A stretch of 64,000 nucleotides of DNA from Octopus vulgaris (lineage: Eukaryota): the NCBI GenBank assembly GCA_951406725.2, contig OX597842.1, positions 33,976,001-34,040,000 on the forward strand, written 5' to 3'. Within the stretch, counting starts at the first letter, position 1; each line of letters begins with the position of its first letter. Under the pieces are notes generated by a model. The model saw nothing but the letters and a program-made list of their open reading frames with translations, was not told the origin of the DNA and searched no databases. A program made the position numbers and the translations under genes. This document shows, in pieces, positions 61,624-64,000 of this stretch.

Positions 61624-61729
<106 letters not shown>

Positions 61730-61894
61730 ACACCTTACAGTAGTCTGGAACAACTGAATCTTAGTCAGTCAGTTGATGGACTCCACTACCTCAAATGTTC
61801 TTAAAATTTAAATCCACATCTTTGTCTATATATCTACCTTCTCTATAATGTTGCCACTTGATATGAAAATTTCTGTATTAATGGAAAACCTCTA

Positions 61895-61987
61895 TAATTG
61901 GCTGATGAGTGCTCAGCATTTTAAAACTGTTGTAATACTTAGAACATTTAATAAAATGATGTAGTACGAAACGATCGTACCAAATTA
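61895..61987 (+). ncRNA. Type I hammerhead ribozyme with extended stem II
   Basis: taattgg CTGATGA gtgct-(49-nt hairpin)-agtac GAAA cgatcg TA ccaaatta; complete core, GUA triplet, palindromic stem III. Confidence 0.82.
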
Positions 61988-62060
61988 CCGGATTCATTCT
62001 TGTTGCTTATTTTGTATATATATATATATTTGTTGTGCAAGATTTTTTATGACCATTCCG

Positions 62061-62100
<40 letters not shown>

Positions 62101-62400
62101 GTATGTTTGTTTGTGTGTCTGTGTTTGTCCCCCACCATTGCTTGACAATTGATGTTGGTGTGTTTACGTCTCCATAACTTAGCACGTCGTCAAAAGAGGC
62201 CGAGAGAATATGTACTAGGTTTACAAAGAATAAGCCCTGGTGTCGATTTGCTCGGCAAAAGGCGGTGCTCCAGCATGGCCACAGTTAAATGACTGAAACA
62301 AGTAAAGTAATATATATATACATATGAGAGGGAGAGAGATAAGGAAAGCGGGAGAGACAGATAGATAAACAGAAATACATCTGTATAGACAGATAGGGAG

Positions 62401-63400
62401 ATGATAATAGCTAGCTACCAAGCAGACCATAATAGCTAGCTGCCAAGCAGAAGATAATAGCTAGCTACCAAGCAGACGATAATAGCTATCTGCCAAGCAG
62501 ACGATAATAGCTATCTGCCAAGCAGACGATAATAGCTAGCTGCCAAGCAGACGAAAATAGCTAGCTGCCAAGCAGACGATAATAGCTATCTGCCAAGCGG
62601 ACGATAATAGCTAGCTGCCAAGCAGACGATAATAGCTATCTGCCAAGCAGACGATAATAGCTAGCTGCCAAGCAGACGATAATAGCTATCTGCCAAGCAG
62701 ACGATAATAGCTATCTGCCAAGCAGACGATAATAGCTATCTGCCAAGCAGACGATAATAGCTATCTGCCAAGCAGACGATAATAGCTAGCTGCCAAGCAG
62801 ACGATAATAGCTAGCTGCCAAGCAGACGATAATAGCTAGCTGCCAAGCAGACGATAATAGCTAGCTACCAAGCAGACGATAATAGCTATCTGCCAAGCAG
62901 ACGATAATAGCTAGCTGCCAAGCAGACGATAATAGCTAGCTGCCAAGCAGACGATAATAGCTATCTGCCAAGCAGACGATAATAGCTAGCTGCCAAGCAG
63001 ACGATAATAGCTAGCTGCCAAGCAGACGATAATAGCTATCTGCCAAGCAGACGATAATAGCTAGCTGCCAAGCAGACGATAATAGCTATCTGCCAAGCAG
63101 ACGATAATAGCTATCTGCCAAGCAGACGATAATAGCTAGCTGCCAAGCAGACGATAATAGCTATCTGCCAAGCAGACGATAATAGCTAGCTGCCAAGCAG
63201 ACGATAATAGCTATCTGCCAAGCAGACGATAATAGCTAGCTGCCAAGCAGACGATAATAGCTATCTGCCAAGCAGACGATAATAGCTAGCTGCCAAGCAG
63301 ACGATAATAGCTATCTGCCAAGCAGACGATAATAGCTATCTGCCAAGCAGACAATAATAGCTAGCTGCCAAGCAGACGATAATAGCAAGCTGTCAAGCTG
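62401..63400. repeat. 25-bp minisatellite, 40 units: acgataatagcta(g/t)ctgccaagcag
   Basis: Exact 25-bp register over 1 kb with no indels. Confidence 0.97.
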
Positions 63401-63568
63401 GCTGGATAAACAGACAGGTAGACAGACATAAATCACACAGATAACCAAGCAAACGAACTGACAGATAGAAAAATAGAAGGGGAGAGAGAAACGCAGTTGT
63501 ATAGATAGATAAGCAGAGGATGAGAGAGAAAGAGTGAGATAGAGAGAGAGACAGAGAGACAGAGAGAC

Positions 63569-63603
<35 letters not shown>

Positions 63604-63624
63604 AACACTTAGGGGCTTCTCGTC

Positions 63625-64000
63625 TGCAGGAGTGGCTGTGTGGTAAGTAGCTTGCTAACCAGCCACATGGTTCCGGGTTCAGTCCCACTGCGTGGCACCT
63701 TGGGCAAGTGTCTTCTGCTATAGCCCCGGGCCGACCAATGCCTTGTGAGTGGATTTGGTAGACGGAAACTGAAAGAAACCTGTCATATATATGTATGTAT
63801 ATATGTGTGTGTGTGTATGTGTTTGTGTGTCTGTGTTTGTCCCCCTAGCATTGCTTGACAACCGATGCTGGTGTGTTTACGTCCCCGTCACTTAGCGGTT
63901 CGGCAAAAGAGACGATAGAATAAGTACTGGACTTACAAAGAATAAGTCCCGGGATCGATTTGCTCGACTAAAGGCGGTGCTCCAGCATGGCAGCAGTCAA
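63625..64000 (+). mobile_element. SINE family A running off the window end
   Basis: gcaggagtggctgtgtggtaag...ggtgctccagcatgg. Confidence 0.92.

Noticed and set aside
62401-63400. CRISPR-like array (25-bp repeat with a hairpin)
   Set aside because: Units are contiguous with no unique spacers, there are no cas genes and the context is eukaryotic.

Overview
Repeat-saturated animal genomic DNA. The SINE/LINE families and extreme microsatellite load suggest a coleoid cephalopod, probably Octopus; this is an inference from recall, not a database result. I can support no intact host protein-coding gene. Nearly all track ORFs are translated microsatellites. Recognisable content: (1) many tRNA-headed SINEs of several families; (2) 5'-truncated R4/Dong-type non-LTR retrotransposons (CCHC plus restriction-like endonuclease), mostly in (TAA)n arrays; (3) a 558-bp non-coding element in three full copies, always inside TTA arrays; (4) mariner, CR1-like and RTE fragments, a hAT MITE and a TA-flanked pogo/Tc2-type MITE; (5) Penelope-type terminal-repeat remnants with hammerhead ribozyme motifs; (6) a 28S rRNA fragment inside a SINE; (7) a frameshifted Thr-rich mucin-like region; (8) a 40 x 25-bp minisatellite. 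Best leads: two type I hammerheads with complete cores (61895-61987 +, very long stem II; 26878-26919 -, U3-A8 covariation), the TTA-resident 558-bp element, the SINE-28S chimera, a recurring fold-back architecture that would give long dsRNA if transcribed, and short unique islands with paired YY1-like or bipartite motifs.
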